From a virus (taxonomy: Duplodnaviria > Caudoviricetes): a stretch of 55,025 nt of DNA. Below the pieces are notes generated by a model that saw only the letters and a program-made list of their open reading frames with translations, did not search any database and had not been told where the DNA came from. Below, in pieces: positions 54,594-55,025 of the stretch (its first letter is position 1; each line of letters starts with the position of its first letter). A program made the position numbers and the translations under genes. Location: positions 1 to 55,025 of the IMG/VR virus record IMGVR_UViG_3300027759_000115, one strand, 5' to 3'.

Positions 54594-55025
54594 TCCACGG
54601 CGATGGCCTGACGATCACCGACTCGCGCCACATCTTCGACCTTCAAAGAGGTGATGGCTTCGGTGTACTTTTGCTGAAAAACCTGCCGTGCATCATTCTT
54701 GAGGAATGGCATGGCCTGGAGCAACGTCCCATAAAGCATGGCATTGGGGGCGTTTTGAGTCAGCCAGTTGGTCTGGTTTGTTGAACTCAGGGGGGCGATG
54801 CGCTCGTAGTACAGCACTTCAAAGTTGTATGCCTGACTGGGGGTGGGGGCCACATACCAGTGCTCATAGTCCGTGTCGGCATAGTATTGAGGCAGACCGG
54901 TTTGTGTTTCATTTGGCCAGTAGTTGCGCAGGTACTCATACTTGCGCAAATAAACAGGCTGAGTGGAAGTGCCGGTATCGATGGTCATGGACACCGTTTT
55001 GCGCCACCGTGCAGGCTTCACAATC
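54594..55025. repeat. Terminal direct repeat, copy 2 (3' part of the adaptor gene)
   Basis: Identical to 16-447. Confidence 0.95.

Noticed and set aside
54049-54633. Group I intron around the GIY-YIG ORF
   Set aside because: The ORF abuts the upstream stop and overlaps the downstream start, leaving no room for a ribozyme core; neither flanking gene is interrupted
54587-55021. A second paralogous adaptor gene
   Set aside because: Nucleotide-identical to 16-447 and truncated by the window end; it is the circular overlap

Overview
The window is an essentially complete, circularly permuted ~54.6 kb tailed dsDNA phage genome; positions 16-447 are repeated at 54594-55025. It looks podovirus-like (no sheath or tape measure recognised), and a Gram-negative host is inferred from the GH24 endolysin and sigma70-type promoters. 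Almost all genes are on the - strand. Order: Cro-like HTH, ParB-like protein, SF2 helicase, Toprim primase, a structured non-coding block, many small early genes (HNH-AP2, RuvC-like), TerS/TerL, three large accessory multidomain genes, portal, GroES-like co-chaperonin, scaffold, major capsid, neck and tail fibres, lysis, tail and ejection proteins. One short + strand operon carries an SSB-like protein and a PD-(D/E)XK nuclease. I recognised no integrase, CI-type repressor, polymerase, tRNA, CRISPR array or reverse transcriptase. Main unexplained signals: (1) 12 perfect copies of the quasi-palindrome CGGTT(A/T)AACCG around the genome, two of them in tandem inside the ParB-like gene; (2) a recurring [MYFKHL]-[AKS]-x-G-G peptide motif in a subset of late proteins, which separates ADP-ribosyltransferase-like, GNAT and other domains; (3) a promoter, attenuator-like leader and repeated-stem RNA cluster at 35790-36570; (4) the two contig ends appear to record the empty and filled alleles of a GIY-YIG homing endonuclease site. 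All motif counts were made by eye and all family calls are by recognition, not database search.
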